A stretch of DNA of 64,000 bases from positions 134,857 through 198,856 of the forward strand of contig CBFGJX010000001.1 of NCBI GenBank assembly GCA_965649225.1. The letters are read 5' to 3'. The translations under genes were made by a program, and so were the position numbers. Below the pieces are notes generated by a model. That model made no database searches and was not told the DNA's origin. It worked only from the letters and a program-made list of their open reading frames with translations. This DNA comes from a candidate division WOR-3 bacterium (lineage in GTDB: Bacteria; Hydrothermota; Tepidihabitantia; Tepidihabitantales; Tepidihabitantaceae). Below, in pieces: positions 40,945 through 51,390 of this stretch; position 1 is the first letter of the stretch, and every line of letters starts with the position of its first letter.

Positions 40945-41482
40945 AACCAATGTAGGGCAGATTCCGCCAACGCTCGGCATGGTCGGCACCATAGCCAACG
41001 ACAAACCGGTCGGGCACCGTAAACCCGACGTAGTCGGCGTTGATTTCGGTCCGCCGCCGGGCCGGCTTGTCCATCAACACTGCAATCCGGAGACTGCGGG
41101 GCCGCCGCAAACGCAGATTGTCGACGATGTAACGGAGTGTCAGCCCGGAATCAAGGATATCCTCGACGACCAGTACGTCCCGGTTTTCCAGCGGACACTT
41201 GAGGTCAAGCACTATCTTGACAACCCCGGAGGTCCTCGTGCTGACGCCGTAGCTCGAAACGGTCATGAAATCGATATAAACCGGAATCGTCAGCTGTCGC
41301 ACGAGGTCGGCAAGAAAAATCCACGACCCTTTGAGAATACCGACAACCAGCAGTTCCCGGCCGGCATAGTCGGCCGATATCTGTCCGGCGAGCTCGGCAA
41401 CCCGCCGCGCGACCTGCTCCGCCGAAAAAAGCACGGCCGGCAACGCGTCCGGCTTCTGATTCAGGTCTGACACGGGTGACAC
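40922..41482 (-). CDS. hpt: Hypoxanthine-guanine phosphoribosyltransferase
   Basis: VLVVEDILDSGLTL PRPP-binding motif. Confidence 0.9.
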   Translation of the reverse strand: MSPVSDLNQKPDALPAVLFSAEQVARRVAELAGQISADYAGRELLVVGILKGSWIFLADLVRQLTIPVYIDFMTVSSYGVSTRTSGVVKIVLDLKCPLENRDVLVVEDILDSGLTLRYIVDNLRLRRPRSLRIAVLMDKPARRRTEINADYVGFTVPDRFVVGYGADHAERWRNLPYIGYVEPTED

Positions 41483-41491
41483 AGGGCTGAA

Positions 41492-41565
41492 TCGGGGCGA
41501 CTGGATTTGAACCAGCGACCTCTTGGTCCCGAACCAAGCGCGCTAGCCAGCTGCGCTACGCCCCG
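41492..41565 (-). tRNA. tRNA-Pro (anticodon CGG)
   Basis: Reverse complement CGGGGCGTAGCGCAGCTGGCTAGCGCGCTTGGTTCGGGACCAAGAGGTCGCTGGTTCAAATCCAGTCGCCCCGA. C1:G72, anticodon loop TTCGGGA. Confidence 0.85.
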
Positions 41566-41639
41566 GGCTGCAGTCGCGCAGTCGTCGAAGAACCAGACTG
41601 CGACTGACCGTGCACATCTTAGGGCAAAACACCCGGCAG

Positions 41640-42299
41640 TCAACCCCGACTCAGTTGACCGGAACTACCTCCGCTCCGAACGAAGGGCACAAAAGCCACC
41701 GGCATCAGCGACCGCTGCACCAGCCGGTTGGCATGTTTGACGGCCAGCATCAGCATCTGGCAACCTTCGCCGGCGACCGGTAACACCATCCGTCCCCGGT
41801 CGGCGAGCTGGTTGACCAGCTCACGGGGCATGGCGTCGGCCGCGGCAGTGACAATGATCCGGTCAAAAGGCGCCTGTTCCGGCCAGCCCCGATGACCGTC
41901 GCCGATTCGAAACCGGACATTGTTGATCCCCAGTGCCGCCAGCAACTGTCGGGCCTGGTGTGAAAGTGCCGGTATCAGCTCAACGGTATAGACCATGCCC
42001 GCCAGCGAACAAAGCACTGCCGTCTGATAGCCCGAACCGGTGCCAATCTCCAGCACCCGATGCTCAGGAGCCACCTGCAGCGCTTCGGTCATTGCCGCGA
42101 CGATGTACGGCTGAGAAATCGTCTGACCGTAGCCGATCGGCAACGGATGGTCTTCATAAGCACAATGCCGCTGTGCTTCGGGCACGAACAGATGACGCGG
42201 CACCGCGCGCATCGCCGCCAGCACCCGCGGGTCCCGCACCCCGCGTGCCGCAATCTGCTCGTTCACCATCGCGTTGCGGGCAACAACCTGATCGACCAC
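41640..42299 (-). CDS. pcm: Protein-L-isoaspartate O-methyltransferase
   Basis: SAM motif VLEIGTGSGYQTAVL. Confidence 0.85.
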   Translation of the reverse strand: MVDQVVARNAMVNEQIAARGVRDPRVLAAMRAVPRHLFVPEAQRHCAYEDHPLPIGYGQTISQPYIVAAMTEALQVAPEHRVLEIGTGSGYQTAVLCSLAGMVYTVELIPALSHQARQLLAALGINNVRFRIGDGHRGWPEQAPFDRIIVTAAADAMPRELVNQLADRGRMVLPVAGEGCQMLMLAVKHANRLVQRSLMPVAFVPFVRSGGSSGQLSRG

Positions 42300-42355
42300 G
42301 CGTCAGTATAATCCTGCGGTTCGCCCGGTCAAACGCCCGCTCCCGGGGGCATTCC

Positions 42356-42383
42356 TTGACACTTCTGACAGTCCTCTTATAAT
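42356..42383 (+). promoter_or_regulatory. Putative sigma70-type promoter of rpmH
   Basis: TTGACA-N16-TATAAT, 20 nt upstream of the rpmH ATG. Confidence 0.6.
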
Positions 42384-42403
42384 GCCCGCGAGGTTAAAAA
42401 CAC

Positions 42404-42541
42404 ATGCCCAAAAGGACATACCAGCCATCAAGAATCAGCCGCAAGCGCACGCATGGCTTTCGCGCCCGAATGCGCACACCGGGCGGCCGGGCTGTCATTC
42501 GACGCCGCCGGGCCAAAGGACGCAAGCGTCTGAGCGTATGA
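42404..42541 (+). CDS. rpmH: 50S ribosomal protein L34
   Basis: [45 protein letters not shown]. Missed by the ORF track, which reports a 42382 ORF in another frame. Confidence 0.9.
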   Translation: MPKRTYQPSRISRKRTHGFRARMRTPGGRAVIRRRRAKGRKRLSV

Positions 42542-42922
42542 ATGGCCGAAACCCTGAAACGGAGCGAGATTCTGCGCCGGCGCACCGACATCACCCGGGT
42601 TTTGACCGCTCGCCGTATCGGCGACGCGGTGCTGTCGCTCCGCTGCTGTCCGTCAACAGCTAGTTCCGCTGTCGCGTCTTCCGATATGCCACCACGCCGG
42701 GTGGCGTTTCTGATTTCGCGCGGCCTGCCTGGCGCGGTTCAACGCAACCGGCTGAAACGCCGTCTGCGCGAAATCTACCGCCGGAACAAGTCCTGGTTTC
42801 CGGCCGGCTGCGACTGTGTTATCCAGGCCGGACCCCGGGCAGCGGAACTCGATTACAAGCAACTGCAGGAATTGCTGGCCGCTCTCGGCCGCCGGGCAAC
42901 TGATGTTCAAACTTGCAGTTAA
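42542..42922 (+). CDS. rnpA: Ribonuclease P protein component
   Basis: [10 protein letters not shown] motif; immediately follows rpmH. Confidence 0.85.
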   Translation: MAETLKRSEILRRRTDITRVLTARRIGDAVLSLRCCPSTASSAVASSDMPPRRVAFLISRGLPGAVQRNRLKRRLREIYRRNKSWFPAGCDCVIQAGPRAAELDYKQLQELLAALGRRATDVQTCS

Positions 42923-43157
42923 GCTGCTGATCCGACTGTATCAGTTGACGCTGGGCACGGTGTTGCCACCGGTCTGTCGGTACACACCCAGCTGTTCCCA
43001 GTACGCCATCGAAGCAGTCGAACGTTATGGCGCCCTTACCGGTTCCTGGCTTGCCCTGCGCCGGCTCCTGCGTTGTCATCCGTTTTCCCCCGGCGGCCCC
43101 GACCCGGTACCGGAAGTCTGCGGCCGTAAACGATGTCCTGCTCGCGGAGACCAATGA
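42903..43157 (+). CDS. yidD: Membrane protein insertion efficiency factor YidD
   Basis: [31 protein letters not shown]. Confidence 0.8.
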   Translation: MFKLAVKLLIRLYQLTLGTVLPPVCRYTPSCSQYAIEAVERYGALTGSWLALRRLLRCHPFSPGGPDPVPEVCGRKRCPARGDQ

Positions 43158-44773
43158 AAGACGACACTTTTCGCACCGTCATCGGCTTTGCCCTGATCCT
43201 TTTGATACTGGTTGGCTGGCAGATGCTGTTCCGTCCCCGACCGCGGCCCGTAGTGCCGGCGGCACCGGCGACAGAACCAGCCCCGGTTGAGAGTGCCCCG
43301 ACTCCGCCAAAAGCTGCCCCCGCTGCAATCCTGCCCGAAACCGGACAGCCTGCCGCCAGACCGCAACCAGCGTTCCGGGAAACGACCTATGTGCTCGAAA
43401 ACGCCCGCCTGCGGCTCGAAATCTCGTCGCTTGGTGGTGCTGTCCGGTCGGCCCGGCTCAAGCGCTACGATGCCGAGCTCGTTCCTGACGGCGCCGCCCT
43501 CTTTGGTCTGGGCCTGCTGACCCCGGCCGGCTATCTGCCGCCGGACCTGCTGCCGATGGACGCAGTAGTAGACGATACATCACTGGTCCTGAACTACTCC
43601 AGCGGGGAAATAACCCTGACCCGCACCCTGACACTGACTGAGGACTACCAGCTCGAAGACCGGCTGCAGCTGAATGGCACCGCCGGCATCGTCGTCGACG
43701 CCACCGCCGGCCTGGCCATCACCGAAAAAGACATCCGCGAGGCACTCGCCCACTACCACTACTATCGGAAAACCAGGCAGAAACTTCACCAGCTGCAGGC
43801 CGGCCGGCTCAAAAAACCCGATACCGGTCACGACTCGATGATCTGGGTCGGTCTGAAATCGAAATACTTCCTCGGCGCAGTCGCTGCCGATGGTGTTACC
43901 TTTGACTCGGTCTGGGCCTCGGCACTGCCCGACCACCGGGCCGGCTTCAGCGCAGTCATCAGCCGACCGGCTGCCGACACCCGTTTGCGCTTCTTCTTCG
44001 CCCCGCTGGAGATTGACCTGCTCCGCTCCTACCGGCTGGGCATGGAACAAGTTGTCGGGCTGGGCTGGACCCGGCCAATCGCGCTGGCAATGCTCTGGCT
44101 ACTCAAATTCCTCTATCGGATTCTGAGCAACTGGGGGCTGGCGATTGTCGTCTTCTCAATAATGATGAAGGCGCTGTTCTGGCCGCTGACCCGCACCCAG
44201 ACCCGTCAGATGCGCCAGATGCAGTTGCTCCAACCCAAACTCAACGAGCTGAAAGTCCGCTACAAGAACGACCCCCAGAAGCTCAACGCCGAGACGATGC
44301 AGCTTTACAAATTGTACCGGGTCAACCCGTTGTCTGGTTGTCTGCCGCTTTTGGTCCAGCTGCCGGTCTTCTGGGCGCTTTACGCCGTGCTCCGCAACTC
44401 GATTGACCTGCGCGGCGCAGCGTTTGTTCTGTGGCTGAACGACCTTTCCCGCCCCGACGCTCTCTTCGGCCATCTGCCCAACGGGCTTCCTTTTGTCGGC
44501 GGCGCCGCTTTCGGAGTCCTGCCCCTGCTGATGGGTGTGTCATTCATCGCCCAGAATCTCATTACCTCCACCGACAAACGCAACTGGGCAATGACGGTCA
44601 TCTTCCCGGTCTTCATTACCCTGATATTTCTCAACATGCCCAGCGGACTCCAGCTCTACTGGTTCATGTATAATATTCTCTCAATCATTGAAACTGTCAT
44701 CGGCACCAAAGGAGTCGGTCTATGGCAACGGAAAACCAGGACGGCAACCGCCCCACCGGCGAACCCGAACTAA
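43154..44773 (+). CDS. yidC: Membrane protein insertase YidC
   Basis: Oxa1/YidC core (PLTRTQ...MQLYK...[16 protein letters not shown]). ATGA overlap with yidD. Confidence 0.9.
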   Translation: MKDDTFRTVIGFALILLILVGWQMLFRPRPRPVVPAAPATEPAPVESAPTPPKAAPAAILPETGQPAARPQPAFRETTYVLENARLRLEISSLGGAVRSARLKRYDAELVPDGAALFGLGLLTPAGYLPPDLLPMDAVVDDTSLVLNYSSGEITLTRTLTLTEDYQLEDRLQLNGTAGIVVDATAGLAITEKDIREALAHYHYYRKTRQKLHQLQAGRLKKPDTGHDSMIWVGLKSKYFLGAVAADGVTFDSVWASALPDHRAGFSAVISRPAADTRLRFFFAPLEIDLLRSYRLGMEQVVGLGWTRPIALAMLWLLKFLYRILSNWGLAIVVFSIMMKALFWPLTRTQTRQMRQMQLLQPKLNELKVRYKNDPQKLNAETMQLYKLYRVNPLSGCLPLLVQLPVFWALYAVLRNSIDLRGAAFVLWLNDLSRPDALFGHLPNGLPFVGGAAFGVLPLLMGVSFIAQNLITSTDKRNWAMTVIFPVFITLIFLNMPSGLQLYWFMYNILSIIETVIGTKGVGLWQRKTRTATAPPANPN

Positions 44774-45243
44774 CCGCCCCGGGCCGATCCGACAATGAAC
44801 GGCAACTCCTCTTGGAGTTTGTTCAGACCATACTGGACGGCATCGGGCTGCGCGGCCGGGCCGAAGTCGCTCCCGCGCCCAACGGTTGGGCCGTGAGCAT
44901 CCACCCCCGCCAGTCATCGGGCTTGTTGATTGGCCGCCAGGGCGAAACGCTTCGGGCGATTGAGCATCTCGCCCGGCTGGTGATGGCAAAACGCTTTCCC
45001 CACGTCACCGAGATCACCGTTGATGTTGCCGGCTACAGCGAACGGCGCCGGCAGTTTCTGATTGCCAAGGCCCGCGCGGTGGCACGGATTGTCCGCGAAA
45101 CCGGCCGGGAGATGCTCGTTGACGAAGTCACCGAAGCAGAAGCCCAGACCGTCCGTGCCGCACTGGCTGACGACCGGGCAGTTCGACTGCGCACCGTCGG
45201 CACCGGCCCCAGACGCAATATCGTGATCGGCCCGGCACAGTAA
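44722..45243 (+). CDS. jag: RNA-binding protein Jag/KhpB (Jag_N + KH + R3H)
   Basis: R3H motif IGRQGETLRAIEHLARLV. AAGGAG SD 7 nt upstream of the ATG. Confidence 0.75.
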   Translation: MATENQDGNRPTGEPELTAPGRSDNERQLLLEFVQTILDGIGLRGRAEVAPAPNGWAVSIHPRQSSGLLIGRQGETLRAIEHLARLVMAKRFPHVTEITVDVAGYSERRRQFLIAKARAVARIVRETGREMLVDEVTEAEAQTVRAALADDRAVRLRTVGTGPRRNIVIGPAQ

Positions 45244-45251
45244 TTCTGCCG

Positions 45252-46586
45252 GTGATGCCGCCAGCCAGCCAGACAATCTGTGCGCTCGCCACCCCGGACG
45301 CACCCGCCGGGCTGGCGATTGTCCGGCTCAGTGGGCCCAAGACGCTGCAGATTCTCGACCGCTGTTTCCCACCCCCGCCACCTTCGCTGCAGCGACCCGG
45401 CACCGTCCGCCTGCGCTGGTTTGGTCCGGCGGCAAACCCGATCGACCAGGTAATGCTGCTCGTCTACCGCGCCCCGAAATCCTTCACCGGCGAAGATATG
45501 GCTGAAATCATCTGCCATGGCGGTCGGGCGGTAAGCCGCGCCATTCTGTCCCGGCTGTTGCACTGCGGCTGCCGGTCTGCCGCTCCCGGTGAATTCACCC
45601 GCCGCGCCCTGCTGGCGGGCAAGCTCAGCCTCTCACAGGCCGAAGCAATCCTTGAACTCAGTCGGGCGGAAACCGATGCCGGCCGACAGCGGGCGGTTCA
45701 GGTCTACAGCGGCGCCGTGTCAAACTTCACCCGGGCTCTCCTGGTGGAACTGGCAGACCTGCGCACTGAACTGGAATACCGCATCGGATTCGAAGACGAA
45801 AACACCCCGGTCTCCAGCTCCTGGCAGCAGAAGGTCCAGTCAGTCGTCGAGCAACTCACCCACGCCATCAAGACCGGTCAGGATGCCCGGCGCCGGGACC
45901 GTGACGTCAATGTTGCAATAATCGGCCGGCCCAATGTCGGCAAATCCAGCGTTTTCAATACCCTGCTCCGGCACGAACGCTCAGTCGTCTACCATCTGCC
46001 TGGCACAACCCGCGATTCGGTTGACGCCCGTCTGCAACTGGGCCGCATATCGATCCGGCTTGCCGACACCGCCGGTCTGCCATTCCGCAGCGGCGGGGCA
46101 CTGGCCCGGGCATCGGCCGCTCAGACAATCAAGGCAGTCGAGTCAGCCGACCTGCTGCTGGCAGTATTCGATGCTTCCCGGCCATTCAGTCCGGCCGACC
46201 AGCGCGTCCTTGACCTCTGCGCCGGCCGTGCCTGTCTGTACGTGCTCAACAAGACCGACCTGCCCAGCCGGTTCCGAATTGAATCTCTGCCCGGGCCGGC
46301 GGTAACGATTTCCTGCCGGACCGGCAGCGGCTTCTCGTCCTTGCGCCGCCGACTTGCCCGCCGGATTTCGCCGACCCGGGTTGATGCTGTCACAACCATC
46401 GAGCGTCATCTGCACACCTTTGGCGAGGCCCGCGGTCACCTGCTGGCCGCGCTCAGAAGCCCGGGTCTTGACTCAGCCGCACTTGAAATAGGCCTGGCCG
46501 TGGCTAAGCTGGAAGAGGTTGACGCGGAACCATCCCGGACCGACATCCTTGACCGGGTATTCAACCGGTTCTGCGTCGGCAAGTAG
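45252..46586 (+). CDS. mnmE: tRNA modification GTPase MnmE
   Basis: GRPNVGKSS G1 motif and C-terminal CxGK. Confidence 0.9.
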   Translation: MMPPASQTICALATPDAPAGLAIVRLSGPKTLQILDRCFPPPPPSLQRPGTVRLRWFGPAANPIDQVMLLVYRAPKSFTGEDMAEIICHGGRAVSRAILSRLLHCGCRSAAPGEFTRRALLAGKLSLSQAEAILELSRAETDAGRQRAVQVYSGAVSNFTRALLVELADLRTELEYRIGFEDENTPVSSSWQQKVQSVVEQLTHAIKTGQDARRRDRDVNVAIIGRPNVGKSSVFNTLLRHERSVVYHLPGTTRDSVDARLQLGRISIRLADTAGLPFRSGGALARASAAQTIKAVESADLLLAVFDASRPFSPADQRVLDLCAGRACLYVLNKTDLPSRFRIESLPGPAVTISCRTGSGFSSLRRRLARRISPTRVDAVTTIERHLHTFGEARGHLLAALRSPGLDSAALEIGLAVAKLEEVDAEPSRTDILDRVFNRFCVGK

Positions 46587-46588
46587 CC

Positions 46589-46966
46589 ATGATTGACCGC
46601 ATGCTACTGTACCTCGACGATACCCCCGGTGCTGCCCGCGCCGCTGACTGGGCACTGAAACTGGCACAGCGCCTGTCGGCGCGGGTTTACGTCGTGGCAG
46701 TAGTCGAGACCATTCCGCAGCGGCACGGCCGGCGCCGCTCCTCCAACGAAGAAGAACTCGCCTGGCAGCGGCTTTATGAGGTTGAAGACGACGCGTTCCA
46801 GTCCGACGTACCGGTTTCGCTGCTGCTGGAGCAGGGCGCGGCACTGCCCATCCTCCAGCGGCTCGGTTCCGGCTACGAAGTTGAGCTGCTCGTGATTCCC
46901 GCTGACTGCCGACTGCCGGCGGCTGAAGTCATTCAAACCAGCGACCGTCCGGTCGTTTTTGTCTAG
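46589..46966 (+). CDS. Hypothetical protein, possibly truncated UspA-like fold
   Basis: Weak resemblance to a universal stress protein (alternating beta-strand/hydrophobic pattern); no strong motif. Confidence 0.35.
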   Translation: MIDRMLLYLDDTPGAARAADWALKLAQRLSARVYVVAVVETIPQRHGRRRSSNEEELAWQRLYEVEDDAFQSDVPVSLLLEQGAALPILQRLGSGYEVELLVIPADCRLPAAEVIQTSDRPVVFV

Positions 46967-47435
46967 CAAAGGAGACGCGATGGCAAAACTATCAGAGCTC
47001 CTCTCCCCTGACGCCATCATCCTCGAACTGGCAGCCCGGGAGAAGCTCGAAGTCATCAAAGAGCTCGTTCGCCCGCTGGTTGCCTCCGGAGCGATCACCG
47101 ATGAACCGACGTTTTTGACTGCGATCGCCCGGCGGGAAAACCTGGAAAGTACCGGCATCGGCCAGGGCGTTGCCATACCCCATGCCCGCACCCCGGCCGT
47201 TGCCCGGATTGTGCTTGCCTTCGGCCGTTCGCTCTCGGGCGTCGATTTCTCCAGCCTCGATGGCAAGCTTTCCCACCTGGTCTTTCTGATTGCGGCGCCC
47301 GACCAGCAGAAAACCGACTATATCGTCACGCTGGCACGGCTTTCCCGGCTGTTGCGGCGTGACGACGTCCGTGATGCACTGCACAAAGCCGAAGCACCCG
47401 CCGATGTCATCCGGGTGCTGCGGGAAAACGAATAG
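46959..47435 (+). CDS. ptsN: PTS EIIA type-2 (nitrogen regulatory PtsN-like)
   Basis: GIGQGVAIPHART phosphorylation-site motif. Confidence 0.75.
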   Translation: MSSKGDAMAKLSELLSPDAIILELAAREKLEVIKELVRPLVASGAITDEPTFLTAIARRENLESTGIGQGVAIPHARTPAVARIVLAFGRSLSGVDFSSLDGKLSHLVFLIAAPDQQKTDYIVTLARLSRLLRRDDVRDALHKAEAPADVIRVLRENE

Positions 47436-47449
47436 CCGACCCGGCGCTG

Positions 47450-49219
47450 GTGACCGACTACCTTCTCCCCCGCACTCGCCGCGCCATCGCCGAGCTGCTC
47501 GACCGGCACGGAATCGCCGTCAACCCGGCCGAAGTCCGTGACCCAGAAGCCGGCATCGCCGCTGACCTTGCCCTGCCGCTCTTTCGGCCGGCGAAACTCT
47601 TGAAGCGCAACCCGGCCGAGCTGGCCGGAGAAATCGCCGGCCGGCTTGAACTCGCCGGAACCGGTCTTGCCGCGGTCGAACCAGCCCAAGGCTATCTAAA
47701 TTTCCGCTTCGACCCGGCTGCCTTTGCCGCCGGCATCTGCGCCGACTTTGCCCAAAGCCGCGACAACTACGGTGGGGCCGAGACCGGAGCCGGCCGGACA
47801 ATCGTCATCGACTATTCTTCCCCCAACATCGCCAAACCCTTCTCGGTCGGCCACCTGCGCTCGACCATCATCGGTCAGGCAATCAAGAATATCTACCAGT
47901 GTCTCGGCTGGCGCGTCATCGGTGACAACCATCTTGGCGATTGGGGTACCCAGTTCGGCAAACTGCTCTGCGCTTTTGAACGCTGGGGCAGTGAAAGCGA
48001 ACTTGCTGCTGACCCGACCGGCCATCTCTTCTCGCTCTATGTTCGTTTCCACGAACAGGCCCGTTCCGACCCGTCACTTGAAACCGCGGCGCGGGAATGG
48101 TTCCGACGGCTGGAAACCGGGGACCCGGCAGCCCGCTGCCGCTGGGAACAGTTTGTCCGCTACAGCCGGGCCGAATTCGACCGCATCTACGAACTGCTCG
48201 GCGTCCAGTTCGACTGTCAGCTGGGCGAAAGTTTCTACGCCGACCGCGTTGATGAAATTGTCCGCCGGGCGCTTGAACTCGGCGTTGCCCGGCGCGAACT
48301 TCCACCCGGTCCGCTGGAAGGCGACGAAACGCTGGCTGCCGACGAACCGGTCGTCGCGATACCGCTGGACAGTGCCGGCATTGACGTGCCACTGCTGCTG
48401 CAGAAATCGGACGGCACCAGCCTCTATGCCACCCGCGAACTGGCCACTGCCGAATACCGGATCAAGACCTGGCAGCCGGAAAAAATCCTCTACGTCGTCG
48501 GCAACGAACAGCAGCTCTACTTCCGTCAATTCAGCGCTGCCCTCAAGCTGCTTGGTTACGATACGCCGTGCATTCACGTCAGTTTCGGGCTCGTCCGCCT
48601 GCCGGGTGGCCGGATGTCCACCCGCGCCGGCCGGGTGATTCTGCTCAAGGACGTCATCGAGGAAGCGATTAACCGGGCCGCGGCGGTACTCTCCGACCGC
48701 AGTATTCCGGCAGAGGAAAAAAACCGCATCGCCCGGATCGTCGGCATCGGAGCGATCAAGTACGCTGACCTGTCGCAGACCCGCATCAAGGAAGTTGTCT
48801 TCGACTGGGACCGGATGCTGGCGCTCGACGGCGATTCCGCCCCCTACCTGCAGTACGCCTTCACCCGCACCCGCTCCATCCTGCGCAAGGCCGGCATCGC
48901 CAACGGCGAAGACCTGCCGCCGCTGGACAATCACCTGGCAGTACAGCTGACAACTCCGGAAGAGCTTCAACTACTGCGGACCATTGCCCGCTATCCGGAG
49001 ACAATCGCGGCGGCTGCCGAATCCTGTGAACCGCACCGGGTTGCCAACCGTATTTACCGGCTGGCGCGCGACTTCTCGGCATTCTACGATAAAGTGCCGG
49101 TCCTGCAGGCTGCTAGTGAGGAACTGAAACTCGCCCGCCTTTATCTGGTTGCCATGACCGGCACCGTCATCCGCCATGGTCTCGGCCTCTTGGGCATCGA
49201 AACCGTCGAGCGGATGTAA
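47450..49219 (+). CDS. argS: Arginine--tRNA ligase
   Basis: Class I HVGH-type motif (PFSVGHLRSTIIG), anticodon-binding DALR domain, C-terminal ...ETVERM. Confidence 0.95.
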   Translation: MTDYLLPRTRRAIAELLDRHGIAVNPAEVRDPEAGIAADLALPLFRPAKLLKRNPAELAGEIAGRLELAGTGLAAVEPAQGYLNFRFDPAAFAAGICADFAQSRDNYGGAETGAGRTIVIDYSSPNIAKPFSVGHLRSTIIGQAIKNIYQCLGWRVIGDNHLGDWGTQFGKLLCAFERWGSESELAADPTGHLFSLYVRFHEQARSDPSLETAAREWFRRLETGDPAARCRWEQFVRYSRAEFDRIYELLGVQFDCQLGESFYADRVDEIVRRALELGVARRELPPGPLEGDETLAADEPVVAIPLDSAGIDVPLLLQKSDGTSLYATRELATAEYRIKTWQPEKILYVVGNEQQLYFRQFSAALKLLGYDTPCIHVSFGLVRLPGGRMSTRAGRVILLKDVIEEAINRAAAVLSDRSIPAEEKNRIARIVGIGAIKYADLSQTRIKEVVFDWDRMLALDGDSAPYLQYAFTRTRSILRKAGIANGEDLPPLDNHLAVQLTTPEELQLLRTIARYPETIAAAAESCEPHRVANRIYRLARDFSAFYDKVPVLQAASEELKLARLYLVAMTGTVIRHGLGLLGIETVERM

Positions 49220-49508
49220 CTCCTCTCGGGTCCACAACAGTTAGAGCTACGAAAGCTCCTGCCGGCGACAATCTGTCTTACCGATGTCACCGGCTGACCG
49301 CCGGTTCGGTTGCCTAACGGTCGGCCAGTCAATCAGTTGTCGACTGAAGACCCGAAGCAGTTGTTCAATGGCACGGCTGTTTCAGACCGTTACCGGACCG
49401 CCTCCCCGGTGGTGGCAACCGGCGTCAACGCTTCTGTTTCTGCCCGGGCCGAACCCGACCGCAACCTTCCGGGCAGCCACCGGGTCGCGGCGGCGACCCG
49501 CAGAACGC

Positions 49509-50276
49509 TCAGACTGCCAGTGTCACCCCGACCGGACAGTGGTCTGAACCCGGTACCCCCGGCAGGATGAACGCATCCTGCACCATCGGCACGACATTGT
49601 CCGATACAAACCAGTAATCAATTCGCCACCCGACATTGCGCTCGCGTGCTCGCGTCAGCGGGCTCCACCAGGTGTACTGACCGGGCTGATTGTTGAACAT
49701 CCGGAAAGTGTCAACGAAGCCCGCCGCCACCAGCCGGTCCAGCCACGCCCGTTCCTCGGGCAGAAAACCGGACACCTTTGAGTTAGCTTTTGGATGCGCC
49801 AGGTCAATTTCCTTGTGAGCGGTATTGTAGTCACCGCCGACCACCAGCCGTCGCCCGCGGCGACGCTCGCGCCGCAGATGCTCGAGCAGCACCTCGCAGA
49901 ACTCCAGTTTGTAGCGCAATCGTTCCGGACTCTGCTTGCCGTTCGGGAAATAGATATTGTAGATATCCAGTCCGGCAACCCGGACGAGAATCAACCTGCC
50001 CTCGCTGTCAAAGCGTTCGATTCCCAGACCGAGGGCAGTAAACTCCGGCAACTGGCGCAGGAATGTCGCCGTGCCGCTGTAACCGGGTCGCTGCCCGGGA
50101 TTCCATATCGCGGTGAACCCGGCTGGTTCTTTTAACTCCGGCACCAGCGTTTCGGGGCCGCTGCGCGTCTCCTGAATGCAGAAAACATCCGGCCGGTCCC
50201 GCGCCAGCCATTCCAGCAGACCCTTGCGGGCTGCCGCCCGGATCCCGTTGACATTCCAGCTGATCAGTCTGAGCAC
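49509..50276 (-). CDS. xthA: Exodeoxyribonuclease III
   Basis: MLRLISWNVNGIRA... EEP/AP endonuclease motifs. Confidence 0.85.
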   Translation of the reverse strand: MLRLISWNVNGIRAAARKGLLEWLARDRPDVFCIQETRSGPETLVPELKEPAGFTAIWNPGQRPGYSGTATFLRQLPEFTALGLGIERFDSEGRLILVRVAGLDIYNIYFPNGKQSPERLRYKLEFCEVLLEHLRRERRRGRRLVVGGDYNTAHKEIDLAHPKANSKVSGFLPEERAWLDRLVAAGFVDTFRMFNNQPGQYTWWSPLTRARERNVGWRIDYWFVSDNVVPMVQDAFILPGVPGSDHCPVGVTLAV

Positions 50277-50341
50277 CAGAGTGCCGCCTTTGCGGCGGCG
50301 GCCCGGGACAGCACTGCCCCGGGCCGCCGCCAGTCACTGAC

Positions 50342-51382
50342 CTAGAAGTCAACCGCCAGCGTCAATCGGTGCGAGGCACCAAGTCGCGCCAGATTACGAT
50401 AGCCGTAATCGAGCTGGAGCCCGATGCCCGGCCCCGGTCGCACTCGAAATCCGGCCCCGGCCGAAAGTCCGGTGGCATAGCCGAGTGCATCGGCATAGTC
50501 GAGGTCGGTATTGAGAATGTAACCGGCCCGGATGTAAACCGGCTGATGATTGTACTCCAGGCCGACATTCACCTTCTCGTTGACATCGTTGTAATGCACC
50601 AGATCGACTGCCGCGGCCAGCGCCGAGTTCTCGGTGCGCATGACATCGTAGGCAAGTCCGAACCGGAACGTCACCGGTAGCGGAAACGTCTCGGTGAGGT
50701 AAGTGCCGGGAATCGGTTCCCGCGTCCATGGCCACTCCCAGCCCGGGTCGTGGGTGAAATTGAGCTGGGAGCCGCTGTAACGCAGGTCCGGGCCGAAATT
50801 GGCCATCGCCATGCCGATACGCAGATTCCGCCAGCCGGTGTTGTAGTGAACACCGAAGTCAAACGCCAGCCCCTGCGCCCCGACATCCCAGACCTGTTCG
50901 CTGACATACTTTGCCGAGGCGCCAAAAGCCAGCTTCTCGGTAAACATCCGGCCGTAGCTGAACGCCAGCGCCACATCCGAACCGGTGAAGGTGCGTCCGG
51001 TGCCCTGATACTCCTGGATGGTCGTTTCCTCAAACTTGCCGAGCATCAGCGCGGTGAGGGCAACCCCGAAACTGCCGGCCCGGGTCGGAACCACCACCGA
51101 CGCGAACTCATGGCTGATGTCGCCGACCCAGTCGATATGGTTCAGCACCGCCTGACGACCGCGCAGCAGCGCCACGCCGGCCGGATTCCAGTACGCCGCC
51201 GACGCATCATCGGCCACTGCGACAAACGCCTCACCCATGCCGGTGCAGCGCCCGACACCGATTTTCAGAAACGGCATGCCGGCCATGCCGATCTTGGTGA
51301 ACGCCGCTGCGGCCGGCAGGGCGGTCACGGTCAGCAGGACGAGCGCCGCCAGCGCCGGCGGAAAAGTCTTGCTTGTTCTCAT
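50342..51382 (-). CDS. FadL/PorV-like outer-membrane beta-barrel protein (paralog of 2572-3555)
   Basis: Signal peptide. GVGRCTGMGEAFVAVADDASAAYWNPAGVALL hatch motif. C-terminal ...TLAVDF. Confidence 0.6.
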   Translation of the reverse strand: MRTSKTFPPALAALVLLTVTALPAAAAFTKIGMAGMPFLKIGVGRCTGMGEAFVAVADDASAAYWNPAGVALLRGRQAVLNHIDWVGDISHEFASVVVPTRAGSFGVALTALMLGKFEETTIQEYQGTGRTFTGSDVALAFSYGRMFTEKLAFGASAKYVSEQVWDVGAQGLAFDFGVHYNTGWRNLRIGMAMANFGPDLRYSGSQLNFTHDPGWEWPWTREPIPGTYLTETFPLPVTFRFGLAYDVMRTENSALAAAVDLVHYNDVNEKVNVGLEYNHQPVYIRAGYILNTDLDYADALGYATGLSAGAGFRVRPGPGIGLQLDYGYRNLARLGASHRLTLAVDF

Positions 51383-51390
51383 CGCTCCTC

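Noticed and set aside
42382-42663. 93-aa ORF reported by the ORF track at the rpmH locus
   Set aside because: It is in the wrong frame. The real gene is the 45-aa rpmH (42404-42541) read in another frame, and the remainder overlaps rnpA.
47724-48638. 304-aa + strand ORF and 298-aa minus-strand ORF (48074-48970) inside argS
   Set aside because: These are out-of-frame or antisense to an unambiguous ArgS coding frame.
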